A DNA stretch of 64,000 bases, taken from the NCBI GenBank assembly GCA_951406725.2, contig OX597826.1:60140001-60204000 (forward strand), given 5' to 3'. Position 1 is the stretch's first letter. Every line of letters begins with the position of its first letter. The notes below the pieces were generated by a model. That model was given only the letters and a program-made list of their open reading frames with translations, did not search any database and was not told the origin of the DNA. Positions 1 through 13,390 of the stretch are shown piece after piece. The translations under genes were made by a program, and so were the position numbers. Origin of the DNA: Octopus vulgaris. Its lineage: Eukaryota.

Positions 1-90
1 TAGATTTTACCGCTGACTCTTTTGGCTTCGAGACTATATTAGTCAAGACTATATTAGTCTCGAAGCCAAAAGAGTCAGTGGTAAAATCTA
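1..90. repeat. Fold-back inverted repeat (36-bp arms, 1 mismatch), possibly cut by the window edge
   Basis: 1-36 is the reverse complement of 55-90 with one mismatch; AGACTATATTAGTC is duplicated across the centre. Confidence 0.9.
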
Positions 91-514
91 AGAATAGTTG
101 ATAATTTGCAATGACCGGTAAGATTCGTTATTATTTTTTCTATGATTATAGTTTACATCCTTGGTTAAAATATTTTTATACGCGTTCGCGTCAATAATAT
201 ATAGACCCGTTGTTTGCATACTTAGATGCATACATAAATACATACATACGTTCGTACACATAAACATTCGTATATAACGATAACCGTAACGCGGAAGGAA
301 GTATGGAAGTATATATTTGATGTGCTTGACTACGAGTCTTTTATATCTTAAGTGCGTGGCGTACTAAATTGTCATTCAATTTGTAATACAGAAATTATTA
401 ACGGGCTTTTGATTTTTCGGTTTTTGATAGCTTTGTTCTTTATATTATACCATACATCGATATTTCGAGTATCTCCCTCACAGGAATTCTAGTTCTCCTT
501 AGAGAATTCGCCTT

Positions 515-747
515 AGGCGGCGAGCTGGCAGAAACTTTAGCGCGCCGGGCAAATTGCTTATCGGTATTCCGTCTCCCTTTACGTTCTGAGTTCAATTTCC
601 GCCGAGGTCGACTTTGACTTTCATCCTTTCGGGGTCGATAAATTAAGTACCAGCTACGCACTGGGGTCGATGTAATCGACTTAATCCCTTTGTCTGTCCT
701 TGTCTGTCGCCTCTATGTTTAGCCCCTTGTGTGCAATAAAGAAAAAA
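515..747 (+). mobile_element. SINE family 1 (AAGGCGGCGAGCTGGCAG head)
   Basis: Near-identical copies at 13554-13787, 39847-40079 and 41152-41382; central CTTTCATCCTTTCGGGGTCGATAAATTAAGTACCAG box resembles Nin/Deu-type SINE cores; flanking duplication AGGAATTCTA(G/A)TTCTC(C/A)TTAGAG at 482-504 and 747-769. Confidence 0.85.
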
Positions 748-1346
748 GGAATTCTAATTCTCATTAGAGTGATACTTATTCAAGTTTTTCTAGTTTAAGT
801 AGATTTCGTTGTGTTGATATGTATGTGTGTGTATGTTTGTGTGTGTGTTTACATATATAAATAAAAGACTTACGAGGAAAGCATCATGGTCGACTATTAA
901 ATGGGCATACGTATTTTGACATACAAATTTTTTAAAAAGGATCCACTCCCAGTGTTACTAGGAATCTTGAAGCAAATATCATGGGAAATTCGTCCAAAGT
1001 AATTTATTTGAACCAGCGACAGCAAAATGATGTGGTGCTAATGAGAATTTATTTCTTCGCAAAACCCGCAGGAAATAGAAACGATATCTCCTTCAAGTCG
1101 AAACATACAGTTCTTGAAAAATGAAACACCTAATGGAGAATGTAGACGAGAAACCAACAAAAACAAAAAAATGATAATTGTAATTGGAATAACTCTAATC
1201 ATATAATCTGGAGAAATGAAGAGGATATTGCCGTTAAGAACTACTAAACCATCGTTTTTTAAGTATGATAAAAACACACATATACATAAACGCACTAACA
1301 TACAAACACACGTACGTATATATGTACATGAACATATATATATATA

Positions 1347-1695
1347 CTAGCAGTATCGCCCGGCGTTGCTCAGGTTTGTAAGGGAAATAACTATAAAGCA
1401 TTTTTAGAGAGTTATAGCCAAAAAATGGAAAAAAATGATGGTAAATTTTTTTTGAGAGTAAAAAAAGGTGGAGTTGCGTCCCCTAGACGGTTTGTGTTTC
1501 TGATTCTCGACCCCATGTCGAATTTATCGATTTTTTTCAGAACTGGGGGAACTTTTCAAAATTTTCGCTGCGTTAGTTTTGAATTATGACATTGGGCTAT
1601 GTGTGTGTCAAGTTTCATCAGAATCGGTTGAAAGCCGTGGTCAGGGTGAGGGTACGAGAAAACAGACACAAAGAAACACGCACAGACAAACTGCC

Positions 1696-1705
<10 letters not shown>
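1347..1705 (-). mobile_element. Non-autonomous Helitron, copy 1
   Basis: Minus-strand 3' end is a GC hairpin followed by CTAG; highly similar to 26210-26578; 5' end merges into (TA)n. Confidence 0.8.
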
Positions 1706-1730
<25 letters not shown>

Positions 1731-1825
1731 GCATAACCTATAGTGGTTAGCCATATTGAGATGGCAAATATACCTCACATTGTCGTGCAGTTACTGTTTA
1801 TACCTCGTTCAGAAATTTATTATTG

Positions 1826-1860
<35 letters not shown>

Positions 1861-2293
1861 ACACATGTACATATGCAAACACCTACACACGGAAGGATGA
1901 CACACGTACACGCTCACACATATGCATACAATTCATACTAAACATTACAAAGCCCTATCATGATCGAAAATGAGGTTAAATGCAAAGTTACTACATTTAT
2001 GGGAATAAATATGGTATATCGCTTTGAAAAATATATGAATTCATTTCAAACTACGATATAGAAATATGTATTTACGTATAGATGTGTGCAAGCGTTTATT
2101 TTATATACATGCATGTATGTTTATTTGCATGTATTTATTATTTTTATAAATGTATATATGCATAAATTCGAATTTAAGGAAATGTGAATGCATGCATGAA
2201 AACTCATTTATTATGGATAACAATAAATAAGCCGTCATTTAAGCAACGTTCTTTTCGCGATCCTCCTACTGAATGTAATAATATATGGATATG

Positions 2294-2695
<402 letters not shown>

Positions 2696-3273
2696 TCCAC
2701 AAACATATAGATTCCTATACGCGTGTGTATGTGTTTGTGTGTGCCAATACACATGCAGTTATATACAATACAAATATAAAGAGAATATCGTTCATTCCCG
2801 CATTAGTTGAAGTTTCTTTAAATCGGTGGAGCATCCGAACGAGAACTGCATACCCTTTCTTCAGAGTTTTGAAGTTTCGAGCTGAAATCCTGCTGAAGTC
2901 AGCTTTGACTCTCTTCTTCCTATGATCAATGAAAGAGTGGACAAGTCAAGTATCGACTGCGATCTAATCAATGTGTACCGTCTTACGGAAATTGCAGATT
3001 TGTCTTCGGTCAATTGCAGACTTTCATTAAATATGCGCAGTCCAATGAAACACTACTACACGCATTCGTGTAGTGTCTGACGATTGTTGACTTGTGGAGT
3101 TATGACTAACTGTTGCTGTCAGGTGTAGCATTGAAAACCCAAACATATTTGGCACCAATGACCAGTTTCATCTATGCCAACTTTCCTACACATCGGATAT
3201 CATGCGCATAGCAAAACACACTAAAGCGCATAATATATAGTTTAAATATTACATGCATAGTACTATGCAAGAG

Positions 3274-3307
3274 AAGGCGCATGGCTTAGTGGTTAGGGTA
3301 TTCGGCT
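3274..3307 (+). mobile_element. SINE family 3 tRNA-like head fragment
   Basis: AAGGCGCATGGCTTAGTGGTTAG matches the head of the 38604-38904 copy (A-box). Confidence 0.55.
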
Positions 3308-3309
3308 TC

Positions 3310-4050
3310 TTTAATTTTCAGCTCCTCAATCATTATTTGATTTTTTAGATCATCTAGATAAGTTGGGTCAATTTCTGTTTGACTTTCTTCACCTATTTGA
3401 TTTTCCTCTGACTTGCTGTTTATGGTTAGTTGAGAGAGTATTTCACTTTATCAGTTACAATGGCTCTTTCTATCATTACTGCATTTTCATCAGCCCTGGA
3501 TTGGTTTATAATTATTTTCTCTTAGTATCTTCTTTAGCTTCAATTTAGTTCCCCTTATCCCTTACCGATTGTTTCATTCGGTCAATCTCTACTTCAGTTA
3601 CTAATTTCTTTTTCATAATGTTTCTTCTGACGTTGGCAAGTTTGTTACTGTCTATGTAGGATCTTAGTTCAAGGTGCTTCTGTCTCCAGTTTAGATAGGT
3701 TTCTTCAATATTAGATTTATTTGTGGGCAAATACATAGCATGATAGAAGGCCTTAAGAAATTTATTATCTGCCCTAAAAAAATTTTCATTCATTTTGTAC
3801 TGGTTATTTGATGACGAGAGTGGATGGCCATTTATTGGAATATTCTGATTATGGGGTACTTTCAGATCCTGTGTTTCGAGAAGATTGAACCAGTACCTGA
3901 TTTTCCGTACCCAGTCTAGTTCCTCACGGGAGTACGCGGCCCATATTGATGCGGGTGGCTGCTGAATCGGTTTGTATTTTGCGTTGTTGTTATGGCGGCA
4001 TGAATGGCTTGGACGTTAACATTAGAGGACGGATCTATCTGTTTAGGAAT
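3310..4050 (-). mobile_element. R4/Dong-type LINE, decayed N-terminal region
   Basis: ORF 3545-3793 (KAFYHAMY...ETYLNWRQKHLELRSYIDSNKLANVRRNIMKKKLVTEVEIDRMK) resembles the N-terminal region of R4/Dong ORFs (recognition, not a search). Confidence 0.6.
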
Positions 4051-4264
4051 AATTCTTCGTGACAACACCGCCTCCGAGTTCTTTGAATGAAAACATTGCT
4101 CGTAACGTAGCTTGTTAATGCTAACAGATCTGTATTCGTCTGTATTTTCTTTTGCTGATAGACTTATCTCCAGGCATATTCTTTTTTGTGGTGTTTTTTA
4201 CTTATGAATTGTTCACTCTGTGTTAGTTCGGAAAAAATTGTTTTTTAGTTTCGCTTTTTTTTTT

Positions 4265-4562
4265 TTTTTTCCAAGAACCCAACAATAATTGGCATTATCT
4301 TCATCTTCATTTTCCAAATACCTGGCTATTTCGTGCTTTAGAGGGTTATATCTATCTATCTTTTCACCTTCTTTTTTTAGTATTAAGGGACATGCGACTT
4401 TAACTATGTAGAATATGTAATACACTTTGTCCACCACTACTAGATTCGGTCTCTTATGCACTTGATCTGTTTGGATTGAGAAATCCCAGAGGAATTTGTT
4501 AGTACCCAAACCCGCCACTGTCTGAGGTTTGTCTCCATACCAAATCTTGCCTCTCTCGAGCT
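4265..4562 (-). mobile_element. R4/Dong-type LINE, restriction-like endonuclease (RLE) fragment
   Basis: WYGDKPQTV...KFLWDFSIQTDQVHKRPNLVVVDK...VACP...KEGEKIDRYNPLKHEIAR is a degenerate RPD..D..P..K..KY RLE signature; abuts an (ATC)n/(ATT)n tract; homologous to 45735-46305. Confidence 0.85.
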
Positions 4563-5116
4563 CCATTATCATCATCATCATCGTCATCATCATCATTATC
4601 ATCATCATCATTATCATCATCATCATCATAATCATCATCATCATCATCATCATCATTATTATTATTATTATTATTATTACAACTATTGTTGTTGTTGTTG
4701 TTTTTGCTGTTGCTGCTGCTTTTTTGTTGTTATTATTATTGATAACAATAATAGTAGCATACTCTGAATGTTTAATCAATGTGCCATTTGGTACACCCAG
4801 TTCTTACTTTATAGGCGACACGAAATAATTTCTAAAACCAACAAACACTGCCAGCCACAGTTTACTTACATCAGGCAATCAGTATGGTTGTATGAGAGAA
4901 CGGAATACAGCTGGCACTGGTTGAACTCTTGTTTGTAATTAAAACAATGGAATCAACAGCCACAAGCGAGAGACAGTTATTTAGAATCTTCTGGAGTGTT
5001 AAGTGAAGAAAACTCGTAGAGTTTTACTTTTTATTTTTTCTTAAGTATAATGAATTATTAAGAATGCAGAGTTTTTCAGTGCTTAAAAAAAAGTCATCAC
5101 CAGCACCTCTGTCATT

Positions 5117-5159
<43 letters not shown>

Positions 5160-5308
5160 GTATCACTGTAACTATCATTATTACAATCGCTTCCACAACT
5201 TTCTGCCATGAACAATTTCGCCATCGTTTTCATCATCGTTGTGATCATCGTTGTGATCGTCAACACATTCAGCTCTACAAGCACCACAATCACCACCAGC
5301 TCGACGCT

Positions 5309-5706
5309 TCTTTTACTCTTTTACTGGTTTCTGTCATTTGACTGTGCCCATGCTGGAGCACCGCCTTTAGTCGAGCAAATTGACCCCCAGGATTTATTTC
5401 TTGTAAGCCTAGTACATATTCTATCGGTTCTTTTGCCGAACCACTAGGTTACGGGGACGTAAACACATCAGCACCGGTCGTCAAGCGATGTTGGGGACCA
5501 AACACAGACGCACAAACATATACACACACATGCATATATATATATAGATATACATATATACGACGGGCTTCTTTCAGTTTCCGTCCACCAAATCCACTCA
5601 CGAGGCTAAAGTAGAAGACAGTTGGCCAAGGTGCAACGCAGTAGGACTGAACCGGGAACCATGAGCTTGGTAAGCAAGCTACTTACCACACGGCCACTCC
5701 TACGTC
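5309..5706 (-). mobile_element. SINE family 2 (tRNA head, CCTTGGGCAAGT CORE-like box, internal microsatellite, GGCGGTGCTCCAGCATGG tail)
   Basis: Reverse complement aligns to 9141-9549 and the other copies. Confidence 0.85.
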
Positions 5707-6469
5707 TATAATAATAATAATAATAATAATAATGATGATGATGATGATGATATGACAATAAGTAGTAGTATTAGTAGAAGTAATAGTAGTTGTAGTACCA
5801 GCAGCAGTAGCAATAGTGTGGTGAATGAGACGGAGGAGTTCAATTCAGTGGAAATGTAGCATTCCTTAACATTTCTAATTGTTGATTATGTTTATTAGAG
5901 CTATTACTTTTTTAAGCTTTTGCTCTCTATTTTGTACATCGAGAACATTTCTGCCGTAAATATTTTGCCATAAATGTTTCTCCTACAAATATGATTCAAG
6001 TAAATGCCTGTATTTCGCCGCCGCAGTCAAGTACGACTGATTAAGTGGGCACCGACTATAGCTGACGACAGTATGTAGTAAATTTTTGAGTTGAAATCTG
6101 GTGTATAGTATACAATGTCTTTACAAACAGGTTATACGTTCCGAGAAACTCATCATTGAGATGAAATATATCAAACGTTGCTCCGATAGGAGTCTGAAAC
6201 TTTTGGAACGAATGAAATCACAATCTCCGTTACACGTGGCCTATGCTCTGAGCAACAAATTTTCGCTAAAATGTACAGTGATATCGATATCTACTCGAGA
6301 GTCAGATGTAATAGCCACCAATGGAAATCATTTCGAATTACACATTCCGTTCGTTAAACATTCCATCTCTCATATCAGCAATATGACTGAGTGCTTACAG
6401 AATGACCACATATTTCTAGTAGTTTTCATTCAATATCTTCATAAAATTAAGCTGTCCGCCGACGGGAAA

Positions 6470-6990
6470 TAACATCATTAGGTGAGACAAGCTGACTGAC
6501 GGGTGACGGTCGTTTAGAAAAAGCGCGGGCTAAAACTACGCACCTTCACTAGTCAGTTAAGGTGAGACAGTGTCACGTGATAACTTGGTGGGGCAGCCTG
6601 CTGGAGCCTTGCGACAGGTATTTAAAGGGAGAAATTTGATAAGACAGTCAGTCACCGGCTGACACTCGCTGACGATACATCGAAGAGGCCAGGGAACAGA
6701 AGAAAGGAGAAGAAAGAAGACATGCACCCAACACCAGAGCTGAAGACACCTCCGAAAGGGGGTGGTCCGCCACGTCAAAACGGTAGAGGAGTAGGGGCCG
6801 AAACCGGACGTGTTTCCTCCTGATGATGTCTTGAGCTAACTGGATCCTAAAAAGGAGCTGTTGTGTTAGCAGACCACGAAACGCGGTTGTAATTCATCCT
6901 TATTTATGTTATCGGTTGATAGGAAGTGATTGAAATATTTATCAGAATGTTGATATCATAAATCCATGCCTTTATGTTGTGATGGTTTCA
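6470..6990 (+). mobile_element. Penelope-like pLTR relic with clustered hammerhead-like motifs
   Basis: GC-richer island with TATTTAAA at ~6619; CTGACGA (6669), CTGAAGA (6740), CTGATGA (6820); GGCC-GAAA-CCGG (6796-6807); GAAA-CGCG (6878-6885); boundaries approximate. Confidence 0.5.
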
Positions 6991-7210
6991 TTGGACAACT
7001 TGCAATTCTAAGCAGGGAAATCCCGCGGAGAATAGCTCACGCTGTAACGGTCTCATAGTTATTTTACAGTAGCCATAGAAGCTAGTATTCAAATAATTTT
7101 GTAACTCGTCTGATTACTTACTTAATCTCTTCGCTCTCAAAGGAGCATAGGCTACCGACGACATTTCTCGTTAGTACCGCATGTATAGGCATGTATGGAC
7201 AACGATTAAA

Positions 7211-7382
7211 ACCAAACCCTATCCTGAATCCTACACTCTAACACTAACCCTAAAACCAAACCCTACACTGAAGTCTGAACCTAACCCTAAGCCCGTAAAC
7301 CCTAAAACTAAATCCCAAAACTTAACCCTAACCGTAACTTTAAACACTAATCTTAAACAGCAACCTTATTCCTAAACTTTAA
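7211..7382 (+). repeat. Degenerate interstitial (CCCTAA)n-like tract
   Basis: Repeated CTAACCCTAA/AAACCCTA words on a ~6-bp period. Confidence 0.65.
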
Positions 7383-7891
7383 TGTACAGTTTGTTTTGGG
7401 AGTTTTTTACAAATATATTTCGTAGAAGATATTTTCCTTTTTAAATTATTTATATGCCTGTCCTATTTCACATGGCTATTCATTAAAACTGTGTTAAAAT
7501 TTCAAATCGTCTAACAACTTTTGTCGTCATAATGATTCGCTTTCATTTTGTTTAATAAAAATTTGTCATACTAATGATTATACTTTCAATTTGTGATAGA
7601 GAACTTTCACGAATAAAATGCCAGCTCCTAAATCTTGTTTTCTGGTTGAATAAAAATTATCACACCTCGGTAAAATTTTTGTAACAGTCTATGGAACAAA
7701 TGAATAAAATATCGGTTTCAGCGTGACATATGATATCAACGTACCAAATTTGAAAATGTTGACTTAATTTTGAAATTTCAAAATCTGTGTCAGCATCAGA
7801 ACATAACCCTTATGCGCACGTGTTCGCATGTATAGAACTAACTAGCTGGCTAGTTTGATAGTTAGCTAGATAGATGGACAGACAGACAGAG

Positions 7892-7926
<35 letters not shown>

Positions 7927-7938
7927 TAGATAGATAGC

Positions 7939-7994
<56 letters not shown>

Positions 7995-9140
7995 CAGAGA
8001 GAGAGAGAGAGAAAATAGATAGATAGATTGATTCATAGATAGACACATATGTTTAAATGCGTGTGTATGTGAATATATACGTGTGTGAGTGTGCGCGCGC
8101 GAGTGTAGCTATATTGTATTTTTGCTAATAGGAAATGAATGCTATCTACCATTGGGGTTTAATCGGCTTTTGATGTTTTCGTTATTTGCAACGAGCCTTA
8201 AGGACATTGCTGATTATGCAGATCTCTACTCAGAAGCATTTCAGTGTTGGTCATCTTATCATCTTTATGGCTGCATATGTCTAGAAGATGCTTGTACGAC
8301 AGGACTAGAGCCCCTTTTGAGGTTCCTTCGCTGGCTCGCATTTGATTGTATTTCGTAAAATGAGTGTAATATTTTCTATTTAGAGTTAGACATTTCGTTC
8401 GTTCTTGTTTACTTTTTTTTCCAGTTTCTCTACTAATCCTATTAATCCACCTATGGCTTCCCTATTGATTTAATCTCTATGCCTACTCTTTAAGGAAACG
8501 CAAAAATCGAAAACCATAGACAGTTTTCAATTTACTATAGCGAAATTCGAAAATATTTACAATCATTTTCGAGTTCCGCTTTAATTTAATATTACGATTT
8601 TAATTGTGAAAACTATGGGTTACGTTATCATTGTCGATTCATTTTATCTAAAAGTAATTAAATTTAAAATATTAGCAGTTAATTACTAATTAGATTCTAG
8701 TTTTTACTTTACGTCTTCTTATAACGAGATATGAGTTTCGATTTGTTATTCTTTTAGTCTTATTCATATATCATTGCTTACCTATCCTACCTCCAGATAT
8801 TATTTTAATAGACGCTCTGCAGTTAGAAATGGTTTATTTTTATATCTGATGAATTTTCCCACTATATTCGGTGTTCGATTGTATTCTACCACGAAACATC
8901 CGCTAGAGACTTACACTTGCGACAAATACTAAGCGACGAGAACATTCGCTGTACATTCGTGAAAATGTCTTCATTTGTTCATTTCAGCTTTTTAAGTTCA
9001 AACGCCATCCAGGTCAACATTTTGCGTCAATGAAATAAAGTAACCTTCCAGTACTGGGATTAATGGTAGCACCTAAAACACCGTCTCTGAAAATTGCTCG
9101 CTTGGACCGGAATGTCTTGCACACATACATTCACATACAA

Positions 9141-9549
9141 AGGAGTGGCTGTGTGCTAAGTAGATTGTTTACCAACAACATGGTTCCGGGTTCAGTCCCA
9201 CTGCGTGGCACCATGGGCAAGTGTTTTCTACTATAGCCTCGGGCCGAGCAAAGCCTTGTCAGTAGATTTGGTAGACGGAAACTGAAAGAAGCCCGTCGTA
9301 TATATGTATATATATGTTTGTGTGTGTATATGTTTGTGTGTCTGTGTTTGTCCCCCTAGCATTGCTTGACAACCGATGCTGGTGTGTTTATATCCCCGTC
9401 ACCTAGCGGTTCGGCAAAAGAGACCGATAGAATAAGTACTGGGCTTACAAAAAGAATAAGTCCCGGGGTCGAGTTGCTCGATTAAAGGCGGTGCTCCAGC
9501 ATGGCCGCAGTCAAAATGACTGAAACAAGTAAAAAAAAAAAAGAAAAGA
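9141..9549 (+). mobile_element. SINE family 2, near full length
   Basis: A-box GTGGCTGTGTG, B-box GGTTCAGTCCC, tail ending GAAACAAGTAAAA. Confidence 0.9.
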
Positions 9550-9747
9550 TATATATGTATACGTATGTGCAGACAAAATCTCACATTTATCCAGACACAC
9601 ACAGACTCTTTCTCACACACACATGTATGTGTGTGTGCACTCCGCCAAGAGAGCGAATATTACGTGTGTTTATATCTTTCTCACAACCACACAATTGCAT
9701 GTATACATGCCCGCGCGTACAAAAACACACTCAGATGCAAACACAAA

Positions 9748-9823
9748 CACACACGTACACTTACACACACGTACACTTACACACACGTACACTTACACAC
9801 ACGTACACTTACACACACGTACA
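9748..9823 (+). repeat. 16-bp minisatellite (ACACACGTACACTTAC) x ~4.5
   Basis: CGTAC recurs at 9754, 9770, 9786, 9802 and 9818. Confidence 0.9.
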
Positions 9824-9835
9824 AAGACACTCATA

Positions 9836-10178
9836 TACTCTTTTACTCTTTTACTTATCTCAGTCATTTGACTATGGCCATGCTGGAGCACCGCCTTTAG
9901 TCGAGCTAATCGACCCCAGGACTTATTCTTTGTAAGCCTGGTACTTATTCTATCGGTGTCTTTGCCGAACCGCTAAGTGACCGATGTTGGCGGGGTGGGG
10001 AGAAACAGATACACAAACACACACACACATATACATATACATGGGACGGGCTTCTTTCAGTTTCCCTATACCAAATCCACTCACAAGACTTTGGTCGGTT
10101 CGGTGCCATGCAGTGGGACTGAACCCAGATCCATGTGGTTGGTAAGCAAGCTACTTTCCACACAGCCACTCCTGAGCC
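9836..10178 (-). mobile_element. SINE family 2 with internal deletions
   Basis: Reverse complement of the family consensus, with two short segments missing. Confidence 0.85.
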
Positions 10179-10181
10179 TAC

Positions 10182-10231
<50 letters not shown>

Positions 10232-10976
10232 ATATAATACTATAATCACTCAAACCATCTAAACTTCCATATACATTCTTTTTATTAAACACCTAACGAG
10301 GATATTGCGCGAACATATTCCCCTGATGAAAGTGCCATATATTTAAAATCAAAACCTCTCTAAGTACAGTTCCCAGATTTTGGATTTATAGCCCCAACTT
10401 TTCCAGAAATTCTGTACATTTTAATTTTGTTTAAAACCCTGAATAATTTTCGCTTGAAATTTTAACGATTTTGAAATCGCCTATAAAATCCCGTTTTTCT
10501 TTACATCAGCCATAAATTTATATAAAAGAAAGGAAAAAAACATCTTAAATGAAATAACTATATCTTTGTTTACTCTGCCGATAAGACGACTACACTTGTG
10601 TATTTCTGCTTTTACAATCACTTACCGCAGAGAAATACAGTTATGTCCAATTTAAATATGTATATATATAACTATGTGTGTGCGTGTGTGTGTGTGTAAG
10701 TGTGTGTTTTGTTTCCATTTCTGTAGATTCATATATTTCTCTCAAACCCATCAACGATATGTTTGCACGTATGCACGTATGTACAAAGGTTTACACGCCC
10801 GCAGAGACAAGCACATACGCATACACAGACGTACATAATATATTGCAGCTTTAATAAAACTATATATATGTACCCATACGCACACACAGATATACATAAT
10901 ATATTGCAGCTTTAATAAAACCATATATATGTAAGTGTGTGTGTGTGTGTGTATGTATACACACACATACACACAC

Positions 10977-11009
<33 letters not shown>

Positions 11010-12018
11010 CATATGCGTATCATATATGTCATAATATATTCAAAATTCCGATGCAGATTGCTAAGTAGCGAGTTAAGTGCCCGTAAGTATATATATATTG
11101 AGTGTGTGTGTTTGTGTGTGTGTGCATAATATATATATATATATATTCATACACATAGGAGTACATATATGTATATATTTATATAGATATATGTATATAT
11201 ATATATTTATATATATATGTGTATGTGTGTGTGTGCATATATACATATATATATACATATCTATGTGCCAGTATGTGTGTGCATAAGTATGTATCTGTAT
11301 ATAAAGGTGCATAGTGAAAGTCTGAGGATGGGGAGGAGAAGCTGTTAAAAGTAGCCCCAGTAGCCGTACTTGTTAATTAAATTTATCCAATTGCTTGCCT
11401 TGCAGAATACAAAATTGTGTGTTTTAAAGAGGGTCTATTATTGCAATTTCTATCTTGTCTTTATTATAATGGCTGTGTTTGTCTTGCACTTTATATATTT
11501 ATTATGTATTTATATTTGTGTGTTTTTATGAATTGTATGTATGTATGTGCGCTTGTATGTATATTTGTATATACATATATGTTTATATACATATATATAT
11601 CTATAAACATATATATATATATATTCATAATAATACATATGAAATATGTATTATTAGCGTTCATATATGCGTTTCTATATACATATTTCTATGTGTGTAT
11701 GTATTTTTATAATTATATATGTTCTTATTGTAGAGGGATAGGAATAGATAAAGAATGCATTAATATGAGAAGTGATGATGATGGTGGGGAGAATGATGAG
11801 GCTTTTTTAAAATGGCTGCAATATGTTAAAGCGCTATGTTTAAATTCTCACGTCAATGAAAATGTTAACGTTAAGAAGGTTCTTCAGAAAATACAGAAGA
11901 AGCAACTGGGAATCAACGAGTAGAATATATATATCCAAGATAGAAAAGAACGAAAAGAACGAAAAGAAAGAATTGTAGAAATACGTGAAGAGTAAGAGAA
12001 AGGGAAGTGACAAACAGT

Positions 12019-12062
<44 letters not shown>

Positions 12063-12620
12063 CAGAGACAGAGACAGAGACAGAGATAAGGAGGAGAGGG
12101 CGGGAGAGATAGTGGGAGAGAATGGAATAATTATTCGAGGGAATAAATGTATATGAAATGCATGAATATACAATTTGAAGAACTGAAATGATGACATTAA
12201 CATCGACGACTAAGACGACGACGATGACGAAGAAGACGACGACGACGACGACAATGATGATGATGATGATGATGGGGAGGACCTGGAGGAGAAGCAGGAG
12301 GAGGAGGATCAGGAAGATGACGACGGCGAAGTTGATGATTGTGTTAATGATGTCTGTGCTGTTAATGAAAGAGGCTGTTGCGAGTGTGATGACGGTGATA
12401 TCAGTTGCGATGGGTTGTAATAACACAGGAAGATATAGATTGATAGGAAACGCGTATATAGGGTTACCTGCTATCATAAAACGCCCAATCATACTCTGAC
12501 ACTCCGAAACACAAGCCATAATATATCCATAGATATAGAGGGATGCACACTCACTAACTTACTAAATAGTTTATATAATGAGTTCATCTTTTCGTTTCTA
12601 AAACAGGTTTAAAATATGAT

Positions 12621-12990
12621 TTACCAACCACATGGTTCCGGGTTCAGTCCCACTGCGTGGCACCTTGGGCAAGTGTCTTCTACTATAGCCTCGGGCCGAC
12701 CAAAGCCTTGTGAGTGGATTTGGTAGACGGAAACTGAAAGAAGTCCGTTGTATATATATATATATATGTATGCGCGTGTATGTTTGTGTGTCTGTGTTTG
12801 TCCCCCTAGCATTGCTTGACAACCGATGCTGGTGTGTTTATGTCCCCGTCACTTAGCGGTTCGGCAAAAGAGACCCATAGAATAAGTACTGGGCTTACAA
12901 AGAATACGTCCTGGGGTCGAGTTGCTCGATTAAAGGCGGTGATCCAGCATGGCCGCAGTCAAAATGACTGAAACAAGTAAAAAGAGAAAA
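12621..12990 (+). mobile_element. SINE family 2, 5'-truncated
   Basis: Near-identical to the 9141 copy from TTACCAACCACATGG onward. Confidence 0.9.
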
Positions 12991-13390
12991 AGAGAGAGAG
13001 AGTAGTTTTGACAAAAAATTTTTAGCAAGGTTCATTAATCACACAAAAACGTTTCCATTAGTTTAGTGTATGTTGAAAGATCAGGAGAGTGCAAAGAAAG
13101 TTAATTTTTGTGCAGCATAGTCAGTAGACTGCGTTGCGATTATATGTCCCCTAGCTTCTAGGTTGCTTCTCAAAATATGCTTTTTTGTCTTATTGCGTTT
13201 ATATGGATGATTTTAAAGGATTTGTTAAAACACAGCTACGATATAAATATTCATTTCTTTGTGACACAATGATGTTTAGTAGAAGGAGAAGGTTCACTCG
13301 AAAACTAGAATAGTTCTTTTATTCATAACACACCTAATATAATCATTCGTCAATTAGACGAAACACGGAATATAAAGCAACTACAATATT

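Noticed and set aside
440-661. Recurring ORF MRSWYLIYRPRKDE... (also 41237)
   Set aside because: Antisense reading of SINE family 1
7211-7382. Telomere
   Set aside because: Highly degenerate and internal; no perfect array
8846-8910. Isolated CTGATGA words (also ~10323, ~40959, ~58543)
   Set aside because: No convincing stem II, GAAA and stem I arrangement; expected by chance in AT-rich DNA
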